DNA of 37,645 bases from Terriglobales bacterium (GTDB taxonomy: Bacteria > Acidobacteriota > Terriglobia > Terriglobales > Acidobacteriaceae), in contig JASHSL010000259.1 of the NCBI GenBank assembly GCA_030040855.1, positions 1 through 37,645 of the forward strand, given 5' to 3'. The notes below the pieces were generated by a model. It saw nothing but the letters and a program-made list of their open reading frames with translations, was not told the origin of the DNA and did not search any database. This document shows positions 1 through 8,080 of the stretch, piece after piece (positions within the stretch are counted from its first letter, which is position 1; each line of letters begins with the position of its first letter). The translations under genes and the position numbers were made by a program.

Positions 1-848
1 GTGTACTTGTAACTGTTCTCGGTGTGAATGCGTTCTCCCTTAGCGAGGTGCAGGTGCATGGGGAGCAAGGCAAGATCTACACTTTGAGCCCGAAGACTCT
101 CGAGGTGGATTTCGACCGTGGACTCTGGCGGATTCCAAAGGGCCACATGACGGAAACCGTCCAGATCGAAGTTCGCAAACAGCTCCCGATTGAGGCGGGC
201 GAGAATGTTCTTGTTGAACTGCTCCGTAACTCCCTGCGAGTCGTCATAGGCAGCCAGCAACATCGATTCGTCTTTCACCAGATCAGTGCCGAGGAGCAGC
301 GTGTCCTGAGCCGCAAGTTGCTGGTTGATCTCGCTTAGCATCGCGACTGCGGTTTCTGGGTCGAAGTTGCCGATGCTTGAACCAAGGTAGGCGACCAACT
401 TCTTGCCCGGGATGTCGCGCAAAAACTCGAAACCGTCACTGAAATCGGCGACGACGGGGCGGACCCGGATCTGCTGGCAAACGGTGTCAACGCGCTCTCG
501 CGCTTGCTCCAGGGCGGCGCGGGAGATGTCCACGGGAAAATATTGAACCCCGATTTGCCGCCGTGACAAAGACTTGAGCAGGGTACAGGTTTTCGCCGCG
601 GTTCCCGCGCCCAGCTCCACTACGGTAACCGATCCCATGGTGCGCGCCATTTCATCCGCCCGCTCCCGCAGAATCTCGAGTTCAGTGCGCGTCAGGTAAT
701 ACTCGGGTAAACGAGTAATCTCTTCAAACAAAGCTGAACCCGCGCCGTCGTAGAAGAGCTTGCAAGGAAGCGACTTGGGGCGGCTCGCGAGACCTTGGGC
801 CACTTCGTCTGCGTAGGAGGGCAGCGCAACCAGTTCGCGAGCGATCAT
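1..848 (-). CDS. egtD: L-histidine N-alpha-methyltransferase EgtD (ergothioneine biosynthesis); C-terminus cut by the window edge
   Basis: My own minus-strand translation from ATG 848-846 reads MIARELVALPSYADEVAQGLASRPKSLPCKLFYDGAGSALFEEITRLPEYYLTRTELEILRE...VELGAGTAAKT...YLGSSIGNF...GERIHTENSYKY. These are hallmark EgtD motifs. The start overlaps the egtB stop as ATGA (845-848). It is absent from the ORF track because no stop lies inside the window. Confidence 0.9.
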   Translation of the reverse strand, partial: MIARELVALPSYADEVAQGLASRPKSLPCKLFYDGAGSALFEEITRLPEYYLTRTELEILRERADEMARTMGSVTVVELGAGTAAKTCTLLKSLSRRQIGVQYFPVDISRAALEQARERVDTVCQQIRVRPVVADFSDGFEFLRDIPGKKLVAYLGSSIGNFDPETAVAMLSEINQQLAAQDTLLLGTDLVKDESMLLAAYDDSQGVTEQFNKNILARLNRELFANFDLDGFRHVALWNPPESTVEIHLESLRAQSVDLALLPMHLHLAKGERIHTENSYKY

Positions 849-2101
849 TGGGCTAACCGGAGCCCGGTAAATTGCCATCGGGCGTGGGGTGGGAAAAAGT
901 TACGGTAAGTGGGACGGATGTGGCTGCGAGGGGTTACGCAAGAGCCGCCCCGCAGCACCAACTGATTGCACATGAATTTGCCATTGTACTCGCCCAGGAA
1001 CCCCGCGGCCGGCCGGAATCCCGGATATGCGATGTATGGGCTTGAGGTCCATACCCAAACGTCCCCAAACATCTGCTGATTTCCCTCTCCTTGGGCCGGC
1101 TGGGGATGGAAAATACGGTCCTCAAGGAAAGTCCCGCTCGACGGCATGCGAACGGCCGTGACCTCCCATTCCTGTTCGCTCGGAAGCCTAGCACCCCTCC
1201 AGCGAGCGTAAGCGTCGGCCTCGAAGTAGCTGACATGACAAACCGGTTCGGCCGGGTGGACCTTTTTCCTTCCCTGCCGGACGAATTGCCACCACCCGCC
1301 ATCGTCGCAGCGTTCCCAGTAAAGCGGGGCGTTCCAACCCTGGGCACTGACCGTGTCCCATCCGTCGGAGAGCCACAGCTCGGGGCGGCGATAGCCGCCG
1401 TCCTCGATGAACTCAAGATACTCGGCATTGGTCACGTCCCGGGAAGCGATGCGAAAGGGCTGCAGCAGAACCTGGTGCTGCGGGCTCTCATTGTCGAAGG
1501 CAAACCCTTCGCCGCGATGGCCGATCAGGTGAATGCCACCATCCACCTCAGTCCAGCGCATTGCCGAAGGGGCGGTGGCATCGGTCATTTCCGTGGAGGG
1601 TTCCGGTCGGAGCGGATTCGACCACAATGCGTGTTTGAGATCGGTCAAGAGCAGCTCTTGGTGCTGCTGCTCGTGGTGGAGACCCAGTTCGACCCGCTTG
1701 AGCACCTCCTCTTGCGCATGTTCGAGAATTGCCAGGAGGGCGTTGTCCACATGGGCTCGATAGGCGTGCACCTGCGGTAACGTCGGGCGCGACATCAGTC
1801 CCCGTGTACCGCGCAGGGGATGGGAACCTAGCTGTTTGTAGTAGGAATTGAAGAGGTGTCGAAATCGTGGGTCAAACGGCTTGTAGCCATCGCCATAGGG
1901 TTCGAGAATGAAAGTCTCAAAGAACCAGGTGGTGTGCGCGAGATGCCACTTGGTGGGGCTGGCGTCCGGCATGGATTGAACCATCTGGTCCTCGGCTGTG
2001 AGCCCCTCGGTGATACCAACCGTGGTGTTGCGAATCTCTGTGAAGCGCCTGGCGAGCGAGGGGGTGTGAGTGCTGCTTGGCTGCGCGAGGACTGTTGCCA
2101 T
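845..2101 (-). CDS. egtB: Ergothioneine biosynthesis sulfoxide synthase EgtB (DinB-like plus FGE-sulfatase-like domains)
   Basis: The N-terminal half has His motifs WHLAHTTWF and GLHHEQQHQELL. The C-terminal half is FGE-sulfatase-like (GDVWVWTSSPY, LRGGSCVT). I place the start at ATG 2101 (MATVLAQ) because GGAGG lies 8 nt upstream. The track start at 2149 adds 16 aa with no RBS. Confidence 0.9.
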   Translation of the reverse strand: MATVLAQPSSTHTPSLARRFTEIRNTTVGITEGLTAEDQMVQSMPDASPTKWHLAHTTWFFETFILEPYGDGYKPFDPRFRHLFNSYYKQLGSHPLRGTRGLMSRPTLPQVHAYRAHVDNALLAILEHAQEEVLKRVELGLHHEQQHQELLLTDLKHALWSNPLRPEPSTEMTDATAPSAMRWTEVDGGIHLIGHRGEGFAFDNESPQHQVLLQPFRIASRDVTNAEYLEFIEDGGYRRPELWLSDGWDTVSAQGWNAPLYWERCDDGGWWQFVRQGRKKVHPAEPVCHVSYFEADAYARWRGARLPSEQEWEVTAVRMPSSGTFLEDRIFHPQPAQGEGNQQMFGDVWVWTSSPYIAYPGFRPAAGFLGEYNGKFMCNQLVLRGGSCVTPRSHIRPTYRNFFPPHARWQFTGLRLAQ

Positions 2102-2380
2102 GGGATTATTCCTCCCCGGACGCGATGACCGACCCTGTATCCGATGCACCTGGGAACAGGGGCGTTGTGAAAAATTTGCAGGGGCGGAGTAGAGACTTTC
2201 GTCTCAAATTTGATCCCAAGGTCCTCGCATGCTATTCAGCTTACTGAGCTGCGGAGCCATGGTTCCTTTTGGCTGATCTACATAGCTTCGCTAGAAACCT
2301 GGGGGGCAGCCACCGTAGGTCAGGAAACCGCCGTGCACGCTAGGCCCACCGCCCCCCCGACCCCAATCCCCCGTTTTCGA

Positions 2381-2386
2381 TAGAAT
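2381..2386 (+). promoter_or_regulatory. Putative -10 element TAGAAT upstream of the metallophosphoesterase gene
   Basis: TAGAAT lies 39 nt before ATG 2426. It belongs to the recurrent TAGAAT family seen in this window. No convincing -35. Confidence 0.35.
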
Positions 2387-2425
2387 CAATAGAGGACCCA
2401 TGCGAGTTGAAGGCTTCGAAAGCCT

Positions 2426-3310
2426 ATGGAGAAGTCGCAATTGGCTTCTCTAAGCCGGCGCAAATTTCTGCTTGCGGCCGGAGTTGTCTCCGCCAGCGCG
2501 CTAGCTTTCGGGGAAGAAGGACTGATCCGGGAGCCGAGCAGCGCCGCGCTGGTGCGGGTCGAAATGGCATTGCCCCGACTGCCCAGCTGTTTCGACGGCT
2601 TCACCATTGCCCAGTTGAGCGATTTTCACTACAGCGAGAGCTTCGCGGTCACCCCGATCCGCAAGGCAATTCAGATTGTGAATGGCCTGAATCCGGATCT
2701 CGTGGTACTGACAGGCGACTTTGTGACCACCTCTCTGTTTTCGAAAGCGCCGGAGCCGGCGGCCGCAAAGGCTGCGGAACCCTGCGCAAAGCTGCTGCGC
2801 GAATTACGCGCGCCGCTTGGCAGCCTAGCCGTGCTGGGAAATCACGATGTCACCGCGGATCCACACTTTGTTACCGAGGCTCTCGAGGCGCAGGGCATTA
2901 CCGTTCTTCGCAACCGGTCGCATGTTCTTGAGCGCGGACAAAACCGGCTATGGTTGTGCGGTTTGGATTCTATGGAAGGACATCCTCGCCTCGATCAGCT
3001 TTTGCAAGGTGTGCCCAGCCATGAATCAGTCGTCGTATGCGTGCATGAGCCGGATTTTGCCGACGAGGCATCGCGCTATCCGGTCGATCTGCAGCTTTCG
3101 GGTCACTCCCACGGCGGGCAAATCTGGATTCCCGGCATTGGCGCACCTTGGTTGCCTCTGTATGCGCGAAAATATCCGCGGGGCCAATACCGAGTGGGTA
3201 GGCTGTTGCTCTATACGAACATAGGCCTGGGCACGATCCGCATCCCGATGCGCTTCCATTGCGTTCCCGAGGTTACGCTGATTACCTTGCGCTCCCCGAG
3301 GGCATCCTAA
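2426..3310 (+). CDS. YaeI-family metallophosphoesterase with a Tat-like signal
   Basis: A twin-arginine-like N-terminus (SRRKFLLAAG) is followed by calcineurin-type motifs: SDFHYS, LTGDFV, GNHD, VHEPD, GHSHGGQ. The overall layout resembles E. coli YaeI. Confidence 0.85.
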   Translation: MEKSQLASLSRRKFLLAAGVVSASALAFGEEGLIREPSSAALVRVEMALPRLPSCFDGFTIAQLSDFHYSESFAVTPIRKAIQIVNGLNPDLVVLTGDFVTTSLFSKAPEPAAAKAAEPCAKLLRELRAPLGSLAVLGNHDVTADPHFVTEALEAQGITVLRNRSHVLERGQNRLWLCGLDSMEGHPRLDQLLQGVPSHESVVVCVHEPDFADEASRYPVDLQLSGHSHGGQIWIPGIGAPWLPLYARKYPRGQYRVGRLLLYTNIGLGTIRIPMRFHCVPEVTLITLRSPRAS

Positions 3311-3330
3311 GCCGCGAGCCGGCAAAGCCC

Positions 3331-3338
3331 GGGGGGGG
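3331..3338. repeat. G8 homopolymer in the intergenic region downstream of the metallophosphoesterase gene
   Basis: Read directly: gcccGGGGGGGGag. Confidence 0.9.
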
Positions 3339-3449
3339 AGAATGCATCCTTTCGCAGCTTTAAGATTCGAAATTGCGGCCGATTTGCTCTCCGCAACGGG
3401 AACCAAATCGGGCTACGGTTCCTCGTTTCCGGGGCCATGGCAACCCGTC

Positions 3450-3464
3450 GATTTCGGCTAGAAT
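3450..3464 (+). promoter_or_regulatory. Putative promoter box GATTTCGGCTAGAAT (-10 = TAGAAT) for the zinc-ribbon gene
   Basis: The -10-like hexamer lies 29 nt before GTG 3494. The 12-mer GATTTCGGCTAG recurs at 4572-4583. Confidence 0.4.
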
Positions 3465-3493
3465 AAAAGCAACCTAAAGACCTGGAGTCACAC

Positions 3494-4465
3494 GTGGAAC
3501 AGGGAAAACCGCCCACTCAGCCCAAGAACCCGCCTGCCGAGCAGAAACTCCCGGACGAAACAAGTTCCGGCCTGGAGGATATGCTTCGCCAGCTGAGTGC
3601 GGAGATGGTCCGTTCCAAGCCCACCGATGAAAAGGTCCTCACGGCTCTCGAAGCGGCGCAAAAGGTTGCCTTCCAGATGGATCTTGCCAGATCGGTCGCA
3701 CCAGGCGCCGAAGCTCAGGAAGGGCGCAGGTGCCACGGCTGCGGCAGCCAAAATCCGCGAGGGAACCGTTTCTGCGCCAAATGCGGTGTCCCGCTGCAAG
3801 CCGGGCCGGAGGAAGGTCCTGCGGCGTCGGGAGAAGCAAAGTCAACCCATTCACTGCCAACGGCCGCCGGTCCCCATTATTACCATCATCACTACCACCA
3901 TCACTACTTCGGCTCCTCCGAAGATATGGCCTCAGAGGGGGACTTCGATCCGCGGACTGCGACTGCGCCTCCCGCGCGGGAGACCTCGAAGGGCCGCATC
4001 ACGCACGCAGCCCGGTTCAGTCGGACGGAGACGGCGCTTCGCCAGCTGGCCCAGGATTGGGCCCTGGCATGTAATACCAAGCACTTGGATGAGCTCGTGG
4101 ACCTGTATGCTCCTGATGCCATGGTCCTACGCCCCAATGTGCCTCCTGTACGGAGCACCGGGTCGATTCGTGAGCTGTTTTTTTCCGTGCTCGAAGCGGG
4201 CTTGGGCGAAGTTCAAATGGAACCGTTGCGGGTGGAAATCTTCGGGGAGATTGCGTACGAGGTCGGCCGCTGCACGATGCTGGTGCCGACGACGACGGGC
4301 AAGCGCCGTGAAGAGCGGGGCAAATACGTGATGGTAATCGGGCGGCAGGCAGGGGAGTGGAAGATTCTGGTGGACTGCTGGTCGACCGACTTAAGCCTGG
4401 ACGTCGGAGCCGATACCAGGTCCAGGTCGCCGAATGTGACGAATGCGGTTCCGAAGGGCACCTAG
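3494..4465 (+). CDS. Zinc-ribbon protein with a His/Tyr-rich tract and a C-terminal NTF2-like (DUF4440/SnoaL-like) domain
   Basis: GTG start with GGAG 6 nt upstream. It contains CHGCGSQNPRGNRFCAKCG (CxxC-x11-CxxC), the tract HYYHHHYHHHYF, and about 120 C-terminal aa resembling DUF4440 (LRQLAQDWALACNTKHLDELVDLYAPDAMV...GEWKILVDCWS). No TM segment is visible. Confidence 0.7.
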   Translation: MEQGKPPTQPKNPPAEQKLPDETSSGLEDMLRQLSAEMVRSKPTDEKVLTALEAAQKVAFQMDLARSVAPGAEAQEGRRCHGCGSQNPRGNRFCAKCGVPLQAGPEEGPAASGEAKSTHSLPTAAGPHYYHHHYHHHYFGSSEDMASEGDFDPRTATAPPARETSKGRITHAARFSRTETALRQLAQDWALACNTKHLDELVDLYAPDAMVLRPNVPPVRSTGSIRELFFSVLEAGLGEVQMEPLRVEIFGEIAYEVGRCTMLVPTTTGKRREERGKYVMVIGRQAGEWKILVDCWSTDLSLDVGADTRSRSPNVTNAVPKGT

Positions 4466-4571
4466 GTCCCCCCCTCGCCATAAGGTTCTGATGGCACGCG
4501 CCTCATGACGGCGAACCCCAGGATCGCGGGGAACTTGGCCTAGGACTCGAACGAGTAGCCGGTTTCTTGCA

Positions 4572-4586
4572 GATTTCGGCTAGGAT
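4572..4586 (+). promoter_or_regulatory. Putative promoter box GATTTCGGCTAGGAT immediately upstream of mobA
   Basis: It shares the same 12-mer as 3450-3461. TAGGAT ends 6 nt before GTG 4593. There is no SD. Confidence 0.35.
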
Positions 4587-4592
4587 CGCGGT

Positions 4593-5192
4593 GTGGTTGA
4601 CTTGACTGGCTTCGTGCTGGCTGGCGGCGAAAGCAGGCGTATGGGCACGGACAAAGCTTTTCTCCCCTGGCACGAGGGAACCTTACTGGAGCACGCTCTC
4701 GCGCTGGCCCGCGAGCTAACGCCCGAGGTCCGGATCGTGGCGAATGGCAAGAAATTTGCCCACCTTGCTGTCGTGGTAATCGAGGATATCTATCGCGGGC
4801 GTGGTCCTTTGGGAGGAATTCACGCCGCGCTCTCAACGACTGCGTCCCCCTGGAATCTTATACTGGCTGTCGATCTACCTTTGCTCAATCGCCAGCTTCT
4901 TTCCTACTTGCTTGCGCGGGCTCGAGAATCGCCTGCGAGCGTTACCGTGCCCAGCGTTGGAGGTCGGCTGCAGCCCCTGTGCGCAGTATATCGACGGGAG
5001 TTTGCCGAGGTTGCCCAGCAGTCGCTCGAAGCAGGGGAGAATAAGATCGATCTCCTCTTTGCCAAGGTCCGAACCCAGGTGATCGACGAAGCAACCTTGT
5101 CGCGAGCCGGCTTTTCTCGAGAGATGTTTCGCAATGTCAATACTCCGCAAGAGCTGGCAGAGGTGAGACGCCACTCAGTTTCCGAGACCTAG
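4593..5192 (+). CDS. mobA: Molybdenum cofactor guanylyltransferase MobA
   Basis: The N-terminal GFVLAGGESRRMGTDKAFL motif and the length (199 aa) are typical of MobA. An in-frame TAG at 4581-4583 limits the start to GTG 4593 or TTG 4602. There is no SD. Confidence 0.85.
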   Translation: MVDLTGFVLAGGESRRMGTDKAFLPWHEGTLLEHALALARELTPEVRIVANGKKFAHLAVVVIEDIYRGRGPLGGIHAALSTTASPWNLILAVDLPLLNRQLLSYLLARARESPASVTVPSVGGRLQPLCAVYRREFAEVAQQSLEAGENKIDLLFAKVRTQVIDEATLSRAGFSREMFRNVNTPQELAEVRRHSVSET

Positions 5193-5303
5193 GGTCGAGC
5201 TCTTCCGTCGCCTGGTTCTCAGGAACGCCCCGCCATTCCCCATCGTTTATCATCAAACTATCATTCACCCTGAGGAGAAGCCGGGAAGAGACAGAGACCG
5301 GGC

Positions 5304-6077
5304 ATGGGCAACAACGAACAGGCGGCCCCCTATATCGAGTTTGAAGACGTCTCCAAGTCTTTTGACAGCAAACTGATCCTTGATCGCGTCAGCTTCAATG
5401 TGATGCCCGCCGAAACCGTCTGCATTCTGGGGCGCAGCGGCGTGGGGAAATCCGTCACCCTGCAGACCATCATGGGATTTCTGAAAGCCGATTCCGGCCG
5501 CGTGGTGGTCGCCCAGGAGGACATCACCGATTACGACGAAGAACAACTGGAAGGCATCCGCAAACGGGTGACCATGGTATTTCAGAACGGAGCCCTCTTC
5601 GACTCGCTGACCGTAGGGGAGAACGTGGCATTTCCCTTGCGCGAGCACAAGGATTTAAACGAAGAGCAAATTCTCGAGGTCACCGACGGCCTCCTCGAAA
5701 TGGTGGGTGTGAAGCACATGCGCGACTTAATGCCATCGGACCTGTCGACCGGGATGAAGCGTTCGGTGGCGATCGCGCGCGCCCTGGCTGCGCGGCCGGA
5801 ATGCGTTCTCTACGACGAGCCTACCACGATGGTCGATCCCTTAATGGCGCAGTTGCTGGGAGACTTGATCAAGCGGCTGAAGGTGCAATTACAGTTGACC
5901 AGCGTGGTCGTGACGCACGACATGCGGCTCGCTAAGAAGCTGGCCGATCGCGTGGTTTTCCTGCACGAGGCCAAGGTTCTGTTCTTTGGCACCTACCCCC
6001 AGATGGAAAAGTGCGAGGAACCGATCGTGCAGGAGTTTCTGCGGTTGGATGAGTTGGATTCGGCTCGCTTGGCGTGA
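5304..6077 (+). CDS. ABC transporter ATP-binding protein, MlaF/Ttg2A-like
   Basis: Walker A GRSGVGKS, signature LSTGMKRSVAIARAL, Walker B VLYDEPTTMVDP, H-loop VVTHD. The motif flavour is typical of MlaF-type ATPases. No cognate MlaE or MlaD gene is adjacent. Confidence 0.8.
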   Translation: MGNNEQAAPYIEFEDVSKSFDSKLILDRVSFNVMPAETVCILGRSGVGKSVTLQTIMGFLKADSGRVVVAQEDITDYDEEQLEGIRKRVTMVFQNGALFDSLTVGENVAFPLREHKDLNEEQILEVTDGLLEMVGVKHMRDLMPSDLSTGMKRSVAIARALAARPECVLYDEPTTMVDPLMAQLLGDLIKRLKVQLQLTSVVVTHDMRLAKKLADRVVFLHEAKVLFFGTYPQMEKCEEPIVQEFLRLDELDSARLA

Positions 6078-6155
6078 GCAAGAGGGTCGGCGATACCATC
6101 TTTTGTCTCCCCTCGGAGGCCTGCCTGGGTCACCGTTCAAGGCCAGCGTGAAGCG

Positions 6156-6800
6156 TCAGAAGCCCTGTCGCATGAGGTGATCCAACGTGATCGAGCTGTT
6201 CTCCGACTCGCGTCCGATCATTTTTTCTACATACTTCGCGATCACATCCACCTCGAGGTTGACCGGATCCCCGGGCTGAAGCGATTGCAGATTGGTCATG
6301 CGAACCGTGTGCGGAATGATTGCGATCCTCACCTGGATGCCCCGAATTTCAGCCACGGTCAGGCTGATTCCCTCGATCGAAAGCGATCCCTTGAAGATGA
6401 CATAGCGCGCCAGTTCGCGGGGAATCTCGATCCGCAGCCAGTAGTTATCGGTGTTCGGAATCAGTTCCAGGCCGAGAAACTTGCCGGTGCCGTCCACATG
6501 CCCTTGCACGATGTGGCCTCCGAAGCGTCCGTCGGCGCGCATCGGAAGCTCGAGATTTACCAGAGCGCCGGGTTTGATTCGGGAGAACGAGGTTCGGTTC
6601 CAGGTCTCCTGAGCCAGGTCGAAGCTGACCGAGCGGGAGGTCATCTCGACTGCGGTCAGGCACACACCGCTCACCGCCATGCTGTCACCTTTCTTCAGCT
6701 GCCTGGTGAGATGGGGGGCGGACACGGTGAGCCGGCGGTTCCCGCCGGCCTCGCGGATGTCGAGAACCTGTCCCACTTCCTCGATGATGCCTGTGAACAT
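6156..6800 (-). CDS. ribE: Riboflavin synthase alpha subunit
   Basis: The canonical N-terminus MFTGIIEEVG begins at ATG 6800. It is preceded by GAGG and lies 7 nt after the ribD stop. The track start at 6836 would overlap ribD. Two lumazine-binding repeats are present (GDS.AV.GVCLT / GSLSIEGISLTV). Confidence 0.9.
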   Translation of the reverse strand: MFTGIIEEVGQVLDIREAGGNRRLTVSAPHLTRQLKKGDSMAVSGVCLTAVEMTSRSVSFDLAQETWNRTSFSRIKPGALVNLELPMRADGRFGGHIVQGHVDGTGKFLGLELIPNTDNYWLRIEIPRELARYVIFKGSLSIEGISLTVAEIRGIQVRIAIIPHTVRMTNLQSLQPGDPVNLEVDVIAKYVEKMIGRESENSSITLDHLMRQGF

Positions 6801-6807
6801 GAGCCTC

Positions 6808-8001
6808 TCAGTGCTTGGGGTTGGGCCTTCCATCACCCGTGTCGCCGTAGGGATCCTTCAAGTATCCCTCCACCGCGAAATCTTCACCAAAGCGGTGCAG
6901 GCGAATCGATTTCACGTGGGCCGCATCACTGATGCGTGCGAATCCTGTCCCCAGGGCGAAGGGTACGGAGGCCGTCCCGCCCAGGATCTTGGGCGCATAG
7001 TAGAGAAAGACCTTGTCCACGATTCCCGAATCCAAGGCCTCCCCATTGACCATGGCCCCGCCTTCAATCATCAGGCTGGAGATCTCCCTCTCCCCCAGAT
7101 AATCGACGACCGCTGCTAGATCGGGGTGTCCGGTCTGCGTTGGCTGGGAGATCGTTTCTGCCCGCACTCCCCGCTTCGCAAGCTCCCGTCTCTTTTCATC
7201 GTCTGGAAAACAACAGAGTACCAGGACGTCCTCCTGTGCCGTCTTGACGATGCGCGACTGCAGCGGCAGGCGAAGGCGAGAATCGAGAATGACCCGCAGC
7301 AGGGGCCGGCGGCGAGCCCGCGCCGTACGATCCGTGAGCAGGGGGTCATCGGCGATGACGGTACCGACGCCAACCAGAATCGCATCCTGCTGGTGCCGCA
7401 ACTCCTGCACGTGGGCACGGGCCAGTTCGCTGGTGATCCAGCCGGCATGGGCCGCCGACGCACCGAGCGCGGTCGGATTATGCGATTCGCTCGACGGCGG
7501 CGCAATCTTGCCATCCAGAGTCATAGCGGCCTTCAAGGTGACGAGCGGACGATGGTGACGGATGTAGTTGGCGAAGGACTCGTTCAGCGCCCGGGCCTCT
7601 GCCTGCAAAATACCCGCAGTCACCGCGATCCCCCCTGCCCGTAGCCTTTCCAGGCCCTGCCCGCTGGCCAGAGGATTTGGATCCTCCATGCAGGCGACGA
7701 CACGAGCGATCCTGGCGGCGAGAATGGCATCGACGCAGGCAGGTGTACGACCTTGATGGCAGCACGGCTCAAGGTTGACATAGAGGGTGGCGCCGCGCGC
7801 GTTTTCTCCCGCTTGCTCGATAGCCAGCACCTCGGCGTGCTTTACACCCTCGTAGGTGTGGCTGCCGGAGCCCACAACGGCGCCGTTCCGACCGACAAGC
7901 ACCGCCCCCACACAAGGATTGGGCGAGGTCAGGGCGATCCCCCGGCGCGCCAGGTCGAGCGCGCGCTCGAGAAATTGCCTGTCAGTTCCGTGATCGGACA
8001 T
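6808..8001 (-). CDS. ribD: Bifunctional diaminohydroxyphosphoribosylaminopyrimidine deaminase / 5-amino-6-(5-phosphoribosylamino)uracil reductase
   Basis: Deaminase zinc motifs HAEVLAI and PCCHQGRTPAC, followed by a reductase half (TLKAAMTLDGKIA, LMIEGG). Confidence 0.9.
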   Translation of the reverse strand: MSDHGTDRQFLERALDLARRGIALTSPNPCVGAVLVGRNGAVVGSGSHTYEGVKHAEVLAIEQAGENARGATLYVNLEPCCHQGRTPACVDAILAARIARVVACMEDPNPLASGQGLERLRAGGIAVTAGILQAEARALNESFANYIRHHRPLVTLKAAMTLDGKIAPPSSESHNPTALGASAAHAGWITSELARAHVQELRHQQDAILVGVGTVIADDPLLTDRTARARRRPLLRVILDSRLRLPLQSRIVKTAQEDVLVLCCFPDDEKRRELAKRGVRAETISQPTQTGHPDLAAVVDYLGEREISSLMIEGGAMVNGEALDSGIVDKVFLYYAPKILGGTASVPFALGTGFARISDAAHVKSIRLHRFGEDFAVEGYLKDPYGDTGDGRPNPKH

Positions 8002-8080
8002 TCTCCAGGGTGATGCCTAAGCGATGCTTCGTGTTCTGCGCGCTTGTTCCGCAAAAACCTGCGCCAAGGATTTGGCAGGA

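Noticed and set aside
24-338. 104-aa plus-strand ORF at the left edge
   Set aside because: It lies entirely antisense to a minus-strand frame that translates into an unmistakable EgtD (LFYDGAGSALFEEITRLPEYY, LGSSIGNF, TENSYKY). It is a typical shadow ORF of a GC-rich gene.
2102-2149. Upstream extensions of egtB (to 2149), ribE (to 6836) and gpsA (to 12370) as given by the ORF track
   Set aside because: In each case an internal ATG has a proper GGAGG/GAGG site or an ATGA coupling and matches the conserved family N-terminus (MATV..., MFTGIIEEVG, MSRVAIIGAG). The ribE extension would also overlap ribD.
8002-8080. Expected FMN (RFN) riboswitch upstream of ribD
   Set aside because: Only 79 nt separate ribD from the ftsY stop, too short for an RFN element of about 140 nt. 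I saw none of its conserved core strings. ribD is probably co-transcribed with ftsY or regulated otherwise.
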